Shown: positions 22,480 through 36,177, counted from the first letter of the whole stretch. The stretch is DNA of 61,015 nt, filler included, from Hausera hauseri (GCA_046269625.1; 11 parts of 11 records of this genome joined end to end with filler, not necessarily neighbours in it), one strand, 5' to 3'. Translations and numbers: made by a program. The notes: a model not told the origin generated them from the letters alone.

Positions 22480-25400
22480 TTAGACAGTAAATTTTGCAAG
22501 ATGTTTGAATAAATATTGTTGGCACATCTTTGTCAAAATGACAACTTATGTGTTGTATGGTGACATGGTGGGAAGACTCTCCCATTGACACGCTATTTTG
22601 TCCAGTGCGACCACACTTCAAGCACTACATCACCCCCTTGGCAGAAAAGAAACTGTGCAAGGTGGAAAGGAATGATAACGATAATAAGGATAAAAGGAAC
22701 AATGTTTGCCTTCTATTCGGTTTTGGTGTGAGTTAGACGTTGTGTGCCATCACAGAATTTTTCTTTGCTGTAGGTTCTAAATGTCACTCTACGCGCCTTA
22801 CATGATTGGTTTGTGCTTGGTTGTAGTTCGACGTTATGTGATATAGGTGACGAGGAGAATATGTCAAGCAAAGGAGGCAATACAATTGAAGGCGATGAAA
22901 CATTGGGTAAAGGCAAAGAAGGCGAAGAAAGTAGTGAGCATGATGACGGAGAGAGAGGCGAGAAGAATGGAGGAAATGATGATTGAGCGTGGTCGAACAG
23001 TGATCGCTGAAACGGCAAAAAGTCGTTTAAAAAATCGGTAAGAGTAGGAGTTGAGTTTGAATTGGTGGTAGAATTGGTATTAGGGTTGTCATCAATGAAG
23101 AAAGCAGGCTTCAGATTCGAAATGTGGACGTTGTATGGTTTATCGTGGCATACAGTTGTAGCTGTAGGAGATGAAAGATTCAACAGTTTATACAGGTCGA
23201 CATATTGAGGTCTAAAACCTAAAGGCGATTGATCCTTCAACCATACAAACTTGGTGGAGTATAAATCCTTCGGAATATGGGATTTGTTGTTGTTAAAAAG
23301 GTGACAGAATGAATCTGAGCTGACCTCGATGAAGTGAAATTGTGCCGCACGAATGTTTTCGTCTGTAGGGTTGTCGTAGAGATCAGATATCTCAAATAAG
23401 GCCCGAATTGGAGTCCCAAAGAGTATTTTGGCGGGAGAACAACCGGTAGTGGTAGAGGGTGTGTTGTGCCAACCTAGTAGAACAAATGGTAGAATAGTCG
23501 CTCAATTACGATGAGTGTCAGACAAGTTTTTTAGAAAAAATTTCATTGTCCGATGGAACCTTTCAAGAAGGACATTTGCTTAAGAATGATATGGTGTAGT
23601 ATAAAAATGGGATATTCTCAAGCGTTTGACAAGTAACTTGAAAAGTTGTGACTCAAATTATGGACCTTGATCCGTTATTATGTAACGTGGGGAACCAAAG
23701 CGACTATTCCAGATTTTAATAAAGCCATCGGTTACTGAATCAGTGTTTGTTGAACGAAGAGGAACTGCTTCAGGCCAACGAGAAGCACGATCCATCATAG
23801 TAAGTATATGTTGATATCCGTTGTCAGCAGGTAAAGGACCAACTAGATCGAAATCAACTGTATGAAAGCGTGATGTACAGGAAAAGTGGTAAAGTGATGG
23901 TTTAAGGTGTTTGTTGATTTTGTATTTCTGACAGGCTGTGCATTCTTTAACCCAGTTCTGTACATCTTTGCGCATTGATGGCCAAACTATATGACGTTGA
24001 AGCAAGCGAAAGGTAGCTTTTAACCTGGATGATGGAGTGATTGAGTATGAACGAAAGCTGGCTTTTGTAAAGGTAGTGCTAGAATGATCTTTTTATTACC
24101 GGTATTTGACGTATCATAAGCAATGCCATCGACTATCTTGAAAGATTTGAAGGAACTAAGGACAACAGCAGACAGTAGATTTGCCTTTAACACTTTGGAT
24201 GAGAAAATCGGCTCAACTGTGATGGAGCCAACCGACCTCGATAGAAAATCTGCTACCAGATTATCTGTGCCTGAGATGTATTCCAAAACAAAGCTGAACG
24301 TAGACAGGTACGATATATGTTGCTCTTTCCTCGATTATGTGCAGGAGAGGCTTGTGATCAGTTTGAATGACAAATGGACTAGAGATAAGTAGATGTTTGA
24401 AATGTTTTACTGCCAGAACTATGGAGGGTAACTCGCGGTCAAATGTTGAGTAACGGCTCTCGGGTTGTGTAAGCTTCCTAGAATAAAATTCTAATGGCTC
24501 GTCGACGCCATTAGAGATATGATGTAGTACAGCACCAGTAGCTGTGTTTGAGGCATCGGTTGTAAGTATAAGATCTGGCTTGGGTTTCGGATAGGCCAGT
24601 ATTTCTAGTTTTAAGGTCTTCACGCAAGTGATCAAATTTGGTTACCAGATCAGGAGTCCAGTGGATCAACTGCCTCTTTTTTCCGGATAACAAATGTGCA
24701 ATAGGTGCTGTGAGCTCAGAACAATGAGGTACGTATTTGTGGATGAAGTGGAGTGTGCCTAAGAAGCTTTTCATGTCTGTGGTAGTCGTTGGTAAAGTTA
24801 TGTTCTTTAATTCTTGTAGTTGATCCGGTTTTTGAGAGCGGCCGTGAGGAGTGATGATGTGATCTAGGAAATTTACTCGTTTCTGAAAGAAATGACACTT
24901 GGCGAAGTTGACTTGCAAATTGTTATGATGTAATCTGTGAAAGATAATACGAAGGTGTTCTTGATGTTGTTTGACAGATGCTGAGGCAACTAATATGTCA
25001 TCAATATATGAATGAGCGAAGTCAAGTCATGAGAGTACGGTATCAATGTGTCGTTGGGAAGTTTGAGAAGCACGACGTAAACCAAATGGCATAAAGATAT
25101 ATTTGTAGAGGCCAAATGGAGTAATAATAACAGTTTTTGGAATATCATCAGGTGCAACAGGAATTTGATGATATGCTTTATGCAAGTCAATTGTGGAGTA
25201 GGTGTTAGTGCTAGTAAGGCTGTGCATGATGTCATTTATAAGAGGTAAAGGGTAAGCATCCAAGACTGTTAGATTATTTAAGTGACGATAGTCACCACAT
25301 GATCTGTACGTGCCATATTTCTTTGTCACTACATGCAATGATGAATCCCATGGTGATTTAAATCGTCGAATAATGCCCGCCTTTTCCAGTTCATTGAACT

Positions 25401-27330
25401 CTGATTCAACGTCTTTTTATCTGCGAGGTGACAGTGGTCTGACCTTTTGTCTGATAGGTCTTTGGAGTTCGGTAATTATGTGATGATAAGTTGTAGAATG
25501 CGGCTTGAAATTGATGTCCTTCTTGAGAGGGTGGAAACAAGAAGTTTGATATAGGATTTAAGATCAGAACCCAACCATAAAAAAGACGAGGGCATATTAT
25601 TGGAAGAGTCAGTAGCTGTAGTTGATGTAGAATGACTTAACACTTCATAAACAACATTCGGTTCAGCCGATTGTTTAAAGATTGATTTGTTTCCACTTGA
25701 CGAGATTGAAAATATTGATGAATTATTAAGTGTATTGTTATTAGCCAATGAACAGCATAGAAAATTGACATTTGAATGAACAGAGGAAGACAAGATGTAC
25801 GACTGGTCGTCTAGTAAGCATTTTTTGCTATTTGCAACGGAGTTCCTGCGCAAGAGATATCTATTCTTATAGTCCACTAACAAATCGTATGCAGCTGGGA
25901 AATCGGAACCTATTATGGTCGATCTAATACTGGCTATATGAAATTTCCAGGAGAATTTCCCTGGTAGGTTGGAGAATGCGAAAGTCATTTTTGTGGTACC
26001 TACAATGTTTAAAGGTTGACCACAGGCAGTGAAAAGTGGAGGAGAGAAAACTGTGTTGTATGTACGAGCGAAAGACAAACGAAGAAGTGAAAAGACAGCT
26101 CCTGAATCAATGAGGAAGTCTATGTGTGAGGTGTCTCCAAATAACATTTCAGCCTTCAACAGAAAGACTGCAGAGGCGGTGTCGAAACGGCCAGTAGTTT
26201 GAACTATATTGCCTGTACCAGAATGTCCCGTGGCATCTGGTGGTGTTATTGGTTTTTTGAGACTTGTTGGTAGAAAGAGTAGAAATGGTGAGTGCGAGGA
26301 GGTAAAGAAGATGGAGAGAAACTAGAATTCTTTTTATAATGTTTACATCCTGACACGCATGACCTTGCCTTGGATTGATACTTTGTGATAAATGCAGATA
26401 GGGTTGTCTACTGCATAAGGTTCGTCGTAAAATCAACAGCCTAAAACACATTTCCTTGCGTCTCTGTGGAATTTATTGTGATAAAAACACGTCATTCTAC
26501 CATCTCTAGATTTCGACAGAGAAGAGTGCCTTGAAAAACTACGATTGCGCGAATTACGGTTTTCGCTTCCTCGAGGCTCGTATGTCACTGAGTTTGTTTG
26601 TGATCGCAAAAATTGCCTGTTGTAGTGTGTCGAATTGCTTCTGCATTATAATGCAATTGTTGTGCAAACAAAGTGTTGTCTGTGTGTGATGGTATGTGAG
26701 CGGTTGCTGCAGCTACTGGCTGTGAATTATTAGACTGCAAAATATCAAAACTTTTGTCTGCCAACAAGGCGAGTTTTTCAAGGGCAGTAGAGTCGTCTAC
26801 TACAGTAAGCAGAACTCGGATGGAGGTTGCCAAGACGAAAAAAAATACCGATGAAGAAGATCGGCGTTGTTTGTGGGAGTGACGCCCAAGGAGCTCAATT
26901 GCGAGATTGCAGTTTTAAGGAAATTCGATGGTTTTTGATTTCCAATGGCGTGTTTAGTAAAGTATTTCTGAATTATGCTGTCAATGGAAGGGTCGGTGAT
27001 ATGCAGAACTGATTCATACAGCATATCATACGGATTTTAAGAAGTATGTATGTCAGAAAGATTGTTGATTTACTGCTTGATGTTAGCTGGAAGTAATAGC
27101 AGCAAACTGTTCGCCCTCAAAAAGGACTCTGTAATAGGATTGGCTTTAAGTCTTTGCAAGTGGAACTGCAACCAGCTACTACTAGAATTCATCTTGTCTA
27201 GAAAAGAATCCGTGCAGGGGAGATTTGGAGATGTAGTTGGTATGGGGTCGATAGGACGACCAGATCTGGTTTGGTTAAGTTTTCGGCAGAAGGGTCAGGG
27301 TTCGATCTACCCCGTAAACGAAAGTGGATC
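22480..27330 (-). mobile_element. Near full-length decayed Ty3/gypsy element (gag-PR-RT-RH-IN, PPT, 3' LTR start)
   Basis: Gag IGNQKPSNFL and LEKLALLADKSFDI; protease FLIDSGA (~26110); RT CGDYRHLN, MPFGLR, YIDDILV; RH TTDASNTA; IN HHPG..CTAC, MMDRASRWPEA, ITDQG; PPT AAGGGGGTGA followed by TGTAG at 22629. Distal LTR boundary is approximate. Confidence 0.93.
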
Positions 27331-27929
27331 ATGAGACAGATGTCTGGACGTTCGTGGCATGCAAAAGACAAGAGTGAGTCTGAAGGATGTACTATAAGCC
27401 CTTGATGTGTGAAATAAAAATTATAGATGCTATATGATGAAGACACAACGTTATATAAGAACTGTGCTGTTTCGTTGTGTGGAACTTGTAAGGTGGTAAT
27501 GTGTTGGTTGTAGCTAAAGACAAGGAAAGATAATTGTAATGATGTCATCCAAAAGGCGCGATGAAATGCACGGGGGGCTTGGTCGGTTACCTTTTGGATT
27601 AAGAAGCTGGAAACTTTATATTGTAATGATATAATAAATTGCATAATCCTCCTTTTAAACAAATAGTTAGTCCTACCCCAAACTCATTCCCCAGCATAAA
27701 CTTTATTATCTTCCTCCTGGGCCCATTTAATCTCACTTTTGATATACACACATCTTTATTCTTCATTGAAAGANNNNNNNNNNNNNNNNNNNNNNNNNNN
27801 NNNNNNNNNNNNNNNNNTTAATTAATTAANNNNNNNNNNNNNNNNNNNNNNNNNNNNNNNNNNNNNNNNNNNNTTTATTTTTCTTCTTGACTACTTTTAG
27901 AGCAATAGTGTGATAACGATAAATAACGT

Positions 27930-28400
27930 TAAATGTTTTCATTTTGATTTTTCCGGAACTACCGATGTTTCCCAATTAGTCTGATTTATTTTCGTAACAT
28001 CTAATGATTTCGCCGTACTTTTCGAAGATGTCTTTGATATCAACTACTGTCCAACGTGACGAAGCATTTCTTATTTCAACATTATAACCCAAATTTGTAA
28101 GACCTTTCAGAGCACGTTGTCTTTTCCTCTTTTATTTGTAAACCTTCAGCTGCATTTTGGACTTTCAATTTTTTTATTTTGAATCGAGTATTGATGAAAC
28201 ATTTCAATTGCCTTTTCGGCATCAAATGATTTTTCATAATCAACAAAATCGTAGCATTCACTTCGATTTTCTTTATCTCTGACAACATGATGATGGGCAA
28301 TCGGACCTGCTTTACACAATAATTCATATAAATGCCGTTTAAAAAATCCATCTGGCAAATTACTTACAATTAAATTTGTTTCACGTCTATCGCCGGGTGG
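27930..28400 (-). pseudogene. ELAV/Sex-lethal-like tandem RRM gene fragment (divergent or decayed)
   Basis: ETNLIVSNLPDGFFKRHLYELLCKAGPI...VRDKENRSECYDFVDYEKSFDAEKAIEMFHQYSIQNKKI matches the ELAV-family RRM1 layout; a second RRM-like stretch (VEIRNASSRWTVVDIKDIFEKYGEI) follows; stops and frameshift present. Confidence 0.65.
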
Positions 28401-28862
28401 TTTCGTTCGACTCGTTTGCTGTGGTCGGTCAAGTAGTTGTGACGTTTGGAAACTGTTATATAAACCACGATCTTTTGCAAAAAATTAATGGCAACTTGGA
28501 AACATTCTGTCGGTTGGCCACAAGCTAAGTGGACCTTTTATATTAAATAATCAGCTTGAGATGTTGAGGAGATCTATGTTGTTATAAATTGATCCGTTCG
28601 TATACATCTTGAAATGTGAAGAGAATAATCTAAATTGACACTGGAAACAAAAAAGTTATGGCCTGAATGATGATTTCAACATTAATCAACAAATAAAATG
28701 GTTTAATTTACAAATATTAAAACAAAAAATAGTTTTATGAACAAATCACCCATTGGGTGAATGTGGGCATCACAACGAGCACCTGATCTCCTACTCCAAA
28801 CGTCCTTTTTACCGTGGGTCCTTCCTAACTCTGTGTTCCTTCCTTCTGTTCCTTTATTTTTT

Positions 28863-29186
28863 CTATACGTGTTGAAAATTAAAAATGTAGACGAGGGAAT
28901 AGCTTTGAATAATGAAGTTGAACAAGGTTTGTCCAGTAGTCTTTTTACGAACGATCTCAGCTCCATATACAAGTGGATTGGTCCAAATGGGTCTGATTGT
29001 GGAATCGTTAACGTGAACATTCCTACGAATGGTGTGGAAATCGGTGGAGCGTTCGGCGGAGAAAAAGCGACAGGTGGTGGTCGGGAATCGGGCAGTGATA
29101 GCTGGAAGCAGTATATGCGTAGGTCGACCTGTACAATCAATTGCGGAACTGATTTGCCACTTGCTCAAGGAATAAAATTTGAATGA
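28863..29186 (+). pseudogene. ALDH7A1: C-terminal ~107 aa of aldehyde dehydrogenase 7A1 (antiquitin); 5' part absent
   Basis: [14 protein letters not shown]...[56 protein letters not shown]...[10 protein letters not shown] is diagnostic. The upstream in-frame sequence is unrelated and has no AG acceptor at the junction. Confidence 0.9.
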
Positions 29187-29779
29187 AATCACGTCGTTCT
29201 CAACTAATTTTGGCATTTTAGAAATGAACATTTCATGATCATCTTGATAACATATTGTTTTTTTTTATATTTTTTCTTTATCATGTCATTATTTTGTGAT
29301 TTGTTTTTAATGTATACGCTATGTGCGGAAAATCAGATTGTATAAATTTCAGAAACTTTGGAGTTATTTCCTTCCTCATCCTTGTTGGACATTTTATTTA
29401 GAATCTAGTATAATTATTAGGTTAACACGAAAATTCTTGGCGTTAACGTTTATATAAGTATTACTAAAAGCCAAGAACATTAGTATCAAGTTAATAGTAT
29501 GTAGATTCTCCTATAAATTTGAGGCGCACTAAAGGAGTTAAGCAGCGTTGCTGAAAATCAGTAATAGTAAAAACAAAGAATTAGCAAAATAATTGCAGTT
29601 TTGAGGGTTCTGTTTCGAGTGGGAAATTCCAACCCTTCATTCGAAAACCCTTAAAATTTAAAAGAAAATTATTTCAACCATTATTGTTGATCGGTTGAGA
29701 ATGTCGTTAATTTTGGCGTGCTTGTACTGAATGCAAATAAATCTTTTATTTACTGCAAAATTAAAACGATCTGTAGTAC

Positions 29780-30090
29780 TTGTTGGCCGCGGCTGCATCC
29801 ACACCGTCCACATCGTCGCCCAGCTTGGGTAGGGTTGGAAAATCCCCACCCCCTGGTATGTCGGCTAAATCAGAATTTGATCGTTTGTAATTACTCATTG
29901 CAAAGTAACACCAATTGTTGAACATTTTGTGTCTCAAAATACTCATTTGGAAACAAATTTTCCGAAAATTCCAAAATTAAATTATACTTTTAATATTAAA
30001 CTTTTAATTTAAATTCATGGTCGAATTTTTAAAATTTAAAAATGTTTCTAATTTAAATTTAGAATTTCAGTTCTCGATTATATCCTCACA
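29780..30090 (-). repeat. Short 5' LTR (30090-29916, TG...CA), PBS-like TGGTGT and start of an ORF; homolog of 49345-49651
   Basis: Both copies start TGTGAGGATATAAT and continue into TGGTGTT..ATG (MSNYKRSNSDLADIPGGGDF vs MSNLKQSNSDSADIPEGGYF). Confidence 0.7.
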
Positions 30091-31650
30091 AACACAATCT
30101 AAGCGGATAGGCAGAACCACAAAACAAGTACACAAAACGCCAGCAGAGACAAAGTTTGTCACGGAATATACTTATCGGGACGATGACGAAGTCAACCCAC
30201 CAGAAGACTTTCGGCGAGAAGTTACAGACAGCCAAAGGATGGTTCGAAAAAATGATAAAAGCAAACAAATACGGACCATTACAATCATCAATAGCATCCC
30301 CACTAGTGGTAATAAAAATGGGTAGAAATACAGGATTTGCGGGGACTCAGAGCGCTCAACCATGAAACGACTCCGGATAAATACCCTATTCCCAGGATCT
30401 AAGACGTCCTCCAAATCACGGGAAAAAAGAAATTTTTTTCTCAATCGACATGGAGAAGGCGTACTTTCAGATATTGATGGCAGAAGAAGACATACCAAAA
30501 ACGGCCATCACCACGCCATCTGGTATGTTCGAGTTCTTATTTATGCCTTTTGGATTACGAAATGCTCCTACTACGTTCCAAAGAGCAATTGATAACGTCC
30601 TTTGTCCCTATCCATTCGCGGCAGCGTACCTCAACGATCTTATCATAGTGTCAGATACGGAAGCAGAACACACTCAGCATATCAACAATATCAAAACGTC
30701 ACTAACAAAAGCGAACCTGACAATTAACAAAGACAAATGCCAGTTTTCAAAAAAGAATTCGAATTCTTGGGCCAGTAGATCAACAACAAGGGTATCAAAC
30801 CCATGCCATCCAAAGTTACCGCAATAACAAGTTATAAAAACCCGATACAACCAAAGAACTTAAACGATATTGTGGAATGTTAAATTTCTACATTCGATTT
30901 ATTTCACAGGCTGCCACAATAATGAGTCCACTTTATGAATTATCGAAGAAAAGAACAACGAAACTGATATGGTCATCCGAGGATAGCAAACCTTTTGAAA
31001 ATACCGAATAAGCATTAATTAGGGCCTCGGAACTAACGATCCTCGACGACTAAGCACCGACAATAGTACGAACAGATGCGTCCGACACAGCTATCGAGGT
31101 AGTAATCGAGCAAAATGGGAGACCGATATCACTTATCAGCATACAACTATCAATGTGCGAAAGAAAATATAGCACTTATGACCGAGCGTTGTTAGCTATT
31201 TACAAAGCTTCTAAACACTTTCGACATTTTCCTGAGACGACTACAACCGCAATATATATGGATCACAGACCGTTGACCCACCAACATCCAAAAGAACCGT
31301 TGAACCGGCAATGAGTACACTTGCAATATATCTCCGAATTCAACTGTAAAATAGAATACTATCCGGAACTCGATAAGGCTGTGGAGGATGCACTCTCAAG
31401 AACACACGTCCAAAAAATCGATAAATCACACAAATATACATTTCCGTGGCCATTGGAAGATATTCGAAACAGATAACGACTGGAACTAAAGAATCCGTCA
31501 ATGGAATTACTCACCACAAACGGGAGAATCATACAACCACCGTCGCGCCGAAAAGAAGCATTCAGTCTACACCACAATCAAGTACACCCAGGGATTCGAT
31601 GGACAAAGAAACTATTTCAAATTTCATTTACCTGGCACCAAATGTCAAAT
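30091..31650 (+). mobile_element. Ty3/gypsy pol remnant (RT-RH-IN zinc finger), different subfamily from contigs 1, 5, 8 and 9
   Basis: KTAITTPSGMFEFLFMPFGLRNAPTTFQR, AYLNDLII, VRTDASDTAI, YSTYDRALLAIY, HHNQVHPGIRWT; many stops and frameshifts. Confidence 0.9.
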
Positions 31651-31789
31651 GCACATCATGCCACTGACTATATTGCATTTTAGACATTCATTCTTACCCA
31701 ATCCACAAACAATTCAGGAAGTAATTGTGATAACACCCAACCAGGAGCACAGGAAATGAAATGCAATCCTCCATGCAAATTCAGAATCC

Positions 31790-32000
31790 TTTTTCAGTCA
31801 TCTTCAAATTCACTATCAGACAATCTCATGTGTTTTCCTTCACCACTGTACATTGACACTTTGTTATTCTGCTTCCTGTGCATTGGACATGACCGTTTTA
31901 CTTTCCTTCAACCAACACAACAGTTCAAACAATGGTGGTGATCATGGCAAACCATGCGCACATTGAATGTAGAGCGATTCTTTAGGAAAATTGAGCAACA
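31790..32000 (-). pseudogene. Decayed small RING-finger ORF with acidic tail
   Basis: Manual translation CCSIFLKNRSTFNVRMVCHDHHHCLNCCVG*RKVKRSCPMHRKQNNKVSMYSGEGKHMRLSDSEFEDD; RING spacing with two ligands substituted; absent from the ORF track. Confidence 0.55.
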
Positions 32001-35000
32001 TNNNNNNNNNNNNNNNNNNNNNNNNNNNNNNNNNNNNNNNNNNNNTTAATTAATTAANNNNNNNNNNNNNNNNNNNNNNNNNNNNNNNNNNNNNNNNNNN
32101 NTTCCAATGTAATTCACTTTCTATTTTACATAATTTATGTACTGGCCCCTTGTGTGTTTCCCCGTTCAATTTTATCTCCACCACCTTTACAACGTTGTCT
32201 ATCCCAGGGAATACCTTCGTTATTTCTGCCGCTGGCCAATGATTTAACTTTTTATTTTTCTCCAGCAACCATACTTTGTCTCCGATTTTTAGATCTATCT
32301 TTTCTCTTTTTATCCACTCATAACTTCGCCATTCGGATAGGAGTTCACTTATCCATCGATCCCAATATTTGCTGACTAACCTCTGTATAAATCTCCACCT
32401 ATCGGACAAGCTGCTACTGTTTGTTCCGGTTATCTCCCAAGAGATCTCCTCATTGTGTCAGGCTATAATAAAGTGGTTTGGAGATAAAATGACATTATTT
32501 TTACTATCATCGACAACTCTTATTAGAGGCCGGCTATTCGTAATTCCTTCAATCTCTATCAGTAATGTTCCTAATTCTTCATCGGTCAGTGAATTTTCCG
32601 GAAGCAATTTGTTCAACGAACTTTTTACAGACTTGACCATTACTTCATATACCCCTCTGAAGAGATGGCTCGCAGGGGGATTAAATATTCACCTTATTTC
32701 GGTGTCCTTGAGCGCTCTCCTGAGACTATTTGTGCCGATCTTAAATTTGTACACCTCTCTGTTAACTCCAATAAATGTTCCCCCGTTGTCGGAGACTATC
32801 AACGAAGGTCTTCCGCTTCGACTTATAAAACGTTTGAGTGCTTTTAAAAATGAATTAGTGTCCAACCCCGCCAACACTTCGATGTGTACTCGACGACAAA
32901 GTAAACATGTGATTAGACATATGTACCTTTTTTCATGTGCTAACCCTTGTCTTTGTCGAGTTTTCACTGTCCTGCGAAGTCAATCCCGACTTTATCAAAA
33001 GCTTTTTGCGGTAATTGTGTCCTAAACGTCGGTAACAACTCCTCTATCGCTCGTATTCCCTTTGCATTTGCCCTCCTACAAATCCTACAATAGTTCTGAT
33101 AGGCTTTAACTAACTTCTTCATCTTGGGAAATCAATACCTACTGCTTAACTCCGCAACTTGGTGGTTGACTCCCGCGGCGTGCCGTAAACTCAGATATGT
33201 ATCCTCGATGATTAGCTTCATTACGATACTCTTTGAAGACAGTATTATTGGATACTTTTGTTCCCAATTCAACCAAGATGTTGTTATTAGGCGATTATTT
33301 GATCTCAGTACTCCTTCATCGTCTAAAACGGGGTTAGATTTTGCAATAGAACTCCTGAGGCTAATATCCTCCTCGGATCGTAAATTCTCTATTTCTGTAT
33401 GGAATTCCTTCCCTTGGTCCTCCTTTATTATTTCCAATTTTGCCTTTCTTCTTAGTTCTGTCTTACGTAGATCACTATTTTCCTCCTTCTTTATGATTTC
33501 CTCAATCTTAAGCCTAATTGTTCCTTTCCAACGAGATTCTACACATTGTTCGGTGTCACCCACATTATCCTGTCTTCGGTGTTCTTTTTCCGATGAATTA
33601 TTTTTTAACGACATCAATGTGATTTCATCTTTCCTCCTTTCCTCATCCTTCGGCTTTGTTAATTCTCTGGGTTGGGAACGCCATTGATCTTCCGCCTTCC
33701 TAAGAAACTCTGGGCCATTCCACCACTCCCTTTTGTTTTGTAACTCATCAACATCTAATCCCCTAGAAAGGTAGTCCACATGGTTATGTTCTGTGTTTAC
33801 ATAGTTCCATTGTTTTCCGGTCGTTTCCTCTTGGATAAATCCAACTCTGTTCGCGACGATCGTTTTGTAATACTTGTTGCAGCCTTTTATCCAATCCAAT
33901 ACGTTCATGCTGTCCATCCAGTAATGTATATCTTCCTTCTTGTTGTCCAATGTCTTTCTTACTTTTCTCCCCAGCTTAACCTTATACAAGCTGCCATCAG
34001 TTCCAGTCTTGGTATGGCGACAGATTTTACCGGTGTCACCTTACCTTTTGAGCATACGATCACTACTTTAACTTTTTCTTCTACTATCGACCTTAAATAA
34101 GCAACCGCTCCATAATCCCATCTCGAGGCGTCGCAGAAAATGTGTATTTTACTATTATCACCTTCTTGGAAGTATAAATATCTTGGCACCGTTATTGTAC
34201 TCAAGTTCTTAATCCCTTTCAGCCATGTCCTCATTTTTTCTCTCAATTCCTCGGGAATTTTTTCGTCCCAATACACATTCATAATCCACAGTTGCTGCAA
34301 AAACATTTTCCCCAACAGTTTATAACAACTGAAGAAGCCTAGCGGATCGAATACTTTCGCTAATGTGCTTAATAATGTTCTTTTAGTTACATCTGACTCT
34401 TGCTTATTACGATTTTCAAATTCGAATATATCCTCTTTGATATTCCACTTCATTCCCAACGTTTGGTAACAGCGTCAACATTTTCTAATATGTTAAATTC
34501 CTTAGCTCGGTCATTGATAAGGATTATGTTCGTTAATTCACTAGAATTTGACACCCATTTGTGAGGTTTCATCCCAGCACTTTCCCATATCTCACTTAAT
34601 TTATAGTACAGCGAAACAGCTTCTTTTTCAGTGCCAACTGATTCAATACAATCATCCATGTATGTAAAATTTCCTATTGTTTCCACGGCTCTGGGGACAT
34701 TTCCTTTGAATTTCTCGGCATTGTGTCTTGATATCAGTTGCGCCAAAAACGGATAGGAGTTCAACCCAAATACCAAACGATTAAACTCATACGTTTTGAG
34801 CTTCCCATCCTTGTACCAAAGAAATCTCAAGTATTTCTTATCCTGTTGTTTCACCTTAATTTGCAGGAACATTTCCTGGATGTCGCATATGACCACCCAC
34901 GGCCATTTTCTCATCCTTAACATAATGTCCACAATATCCAGTTGTAACTTCAGGACGGGATCTAGGAAATCGTTCAGGCACTTTCCTCGATATTTTGAAG

Positions 35001-36177
35001 AACCATCGAAAACTGTCCTACATTTTGTGGTGTCTCTATCGGCCTTCGTAACTGGGAATTGCGGTAACAACCAAGCTATATCCGGTTTTTCCTGCTCCTC
35101 CACTAATCGAATGCACCCTTCTTTGCTGTGTGCTTCTATCACTTTTTCATACGCTGCTTTTGCCGTCTCATCCTTGTCCAGCTTTCTCTTTAAGGTTTCC
35201 AACCTTTTATGTGCTATCCGTTTGTTGCATTCCATTTCAGGTTGTATCCTTCCCTTCAATGGCAACGGCACACAGTATCTATTCACCTCGTAAGTTGTTT
35301 CATCCAATATATTCTTTACTGTTTCCTTGTCTTGTTCAGACCTCTCAGACTCTTCCACGTCCATATTAAACTCAATCTCCTATAATCGACTCAAGTCGTT
35401 TTGAATTTCTTCTGCCCTTGTCCAGAAAGCTCTCACAAAATTGCTATTTATAATTTTCTTTCCCTTTTTTATTTGCCTTACACAGGTCCAACCTAACGGG
35501 GTTAATCGCGCCACCGGTGCATACCTTTTACCGCATACCTATTTGATTGACCTGTGTAATTCTATAAAATTCGCCCCTATGATCCCATTCACTTCCGACC
35601 TGGATGACATTTCGGGGAACTTTAAATCCTTTAAGAGTGGCCATTTCTGTCTTTGTATGAACCAATTTACTGCCCTCATTCGCCCCGTTGAATTTCTCAT
35701 AGCCAACGTTTTGAAATTTACTTCTATTGACTGTTCCATATTTAGTAACATCATTTTAACTCTATTGATAAACATCTTGGTTTATTTTCCTCCGAGAACT
35801 GCTATCGTCAGCTTTTCTGTCTTCTTACTAACACCCAATTCTTCACACAGTTTTAAATCTACGAAAATCTCGGTGTTGGCATCGTCCAAAAACATTATTG
35901 CCTTTTTCATTCTATCCCCATTTTTTAACCACACTTCTATTGTCCTTAACGTTACCATCTCTTCTTCTTTGTTTCCCTCTTGAGAGCCTTGTGTCACATA
36001 TGCTCTAACACCTTTTTTCTCATTCGATGTCTCTTTTCCTTTTTCATATTCTGTCGTCCATGGCAGTGAATCTTCTGCTGTCCTACGTGTTATGTTTTCC
36101 TGAGAACTTTCAATTTTTCTCCCTACTTCCTTTTCTTCGCAATTGTTTTTGACATTTTTCATGTTATCCATTTCCCC

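Noticed and set aside
21763-22480. Possible host exon (ORF 21888-22145 and upstream)
   Set aside because: Coding-like but broken by stops, with no recognisable family.
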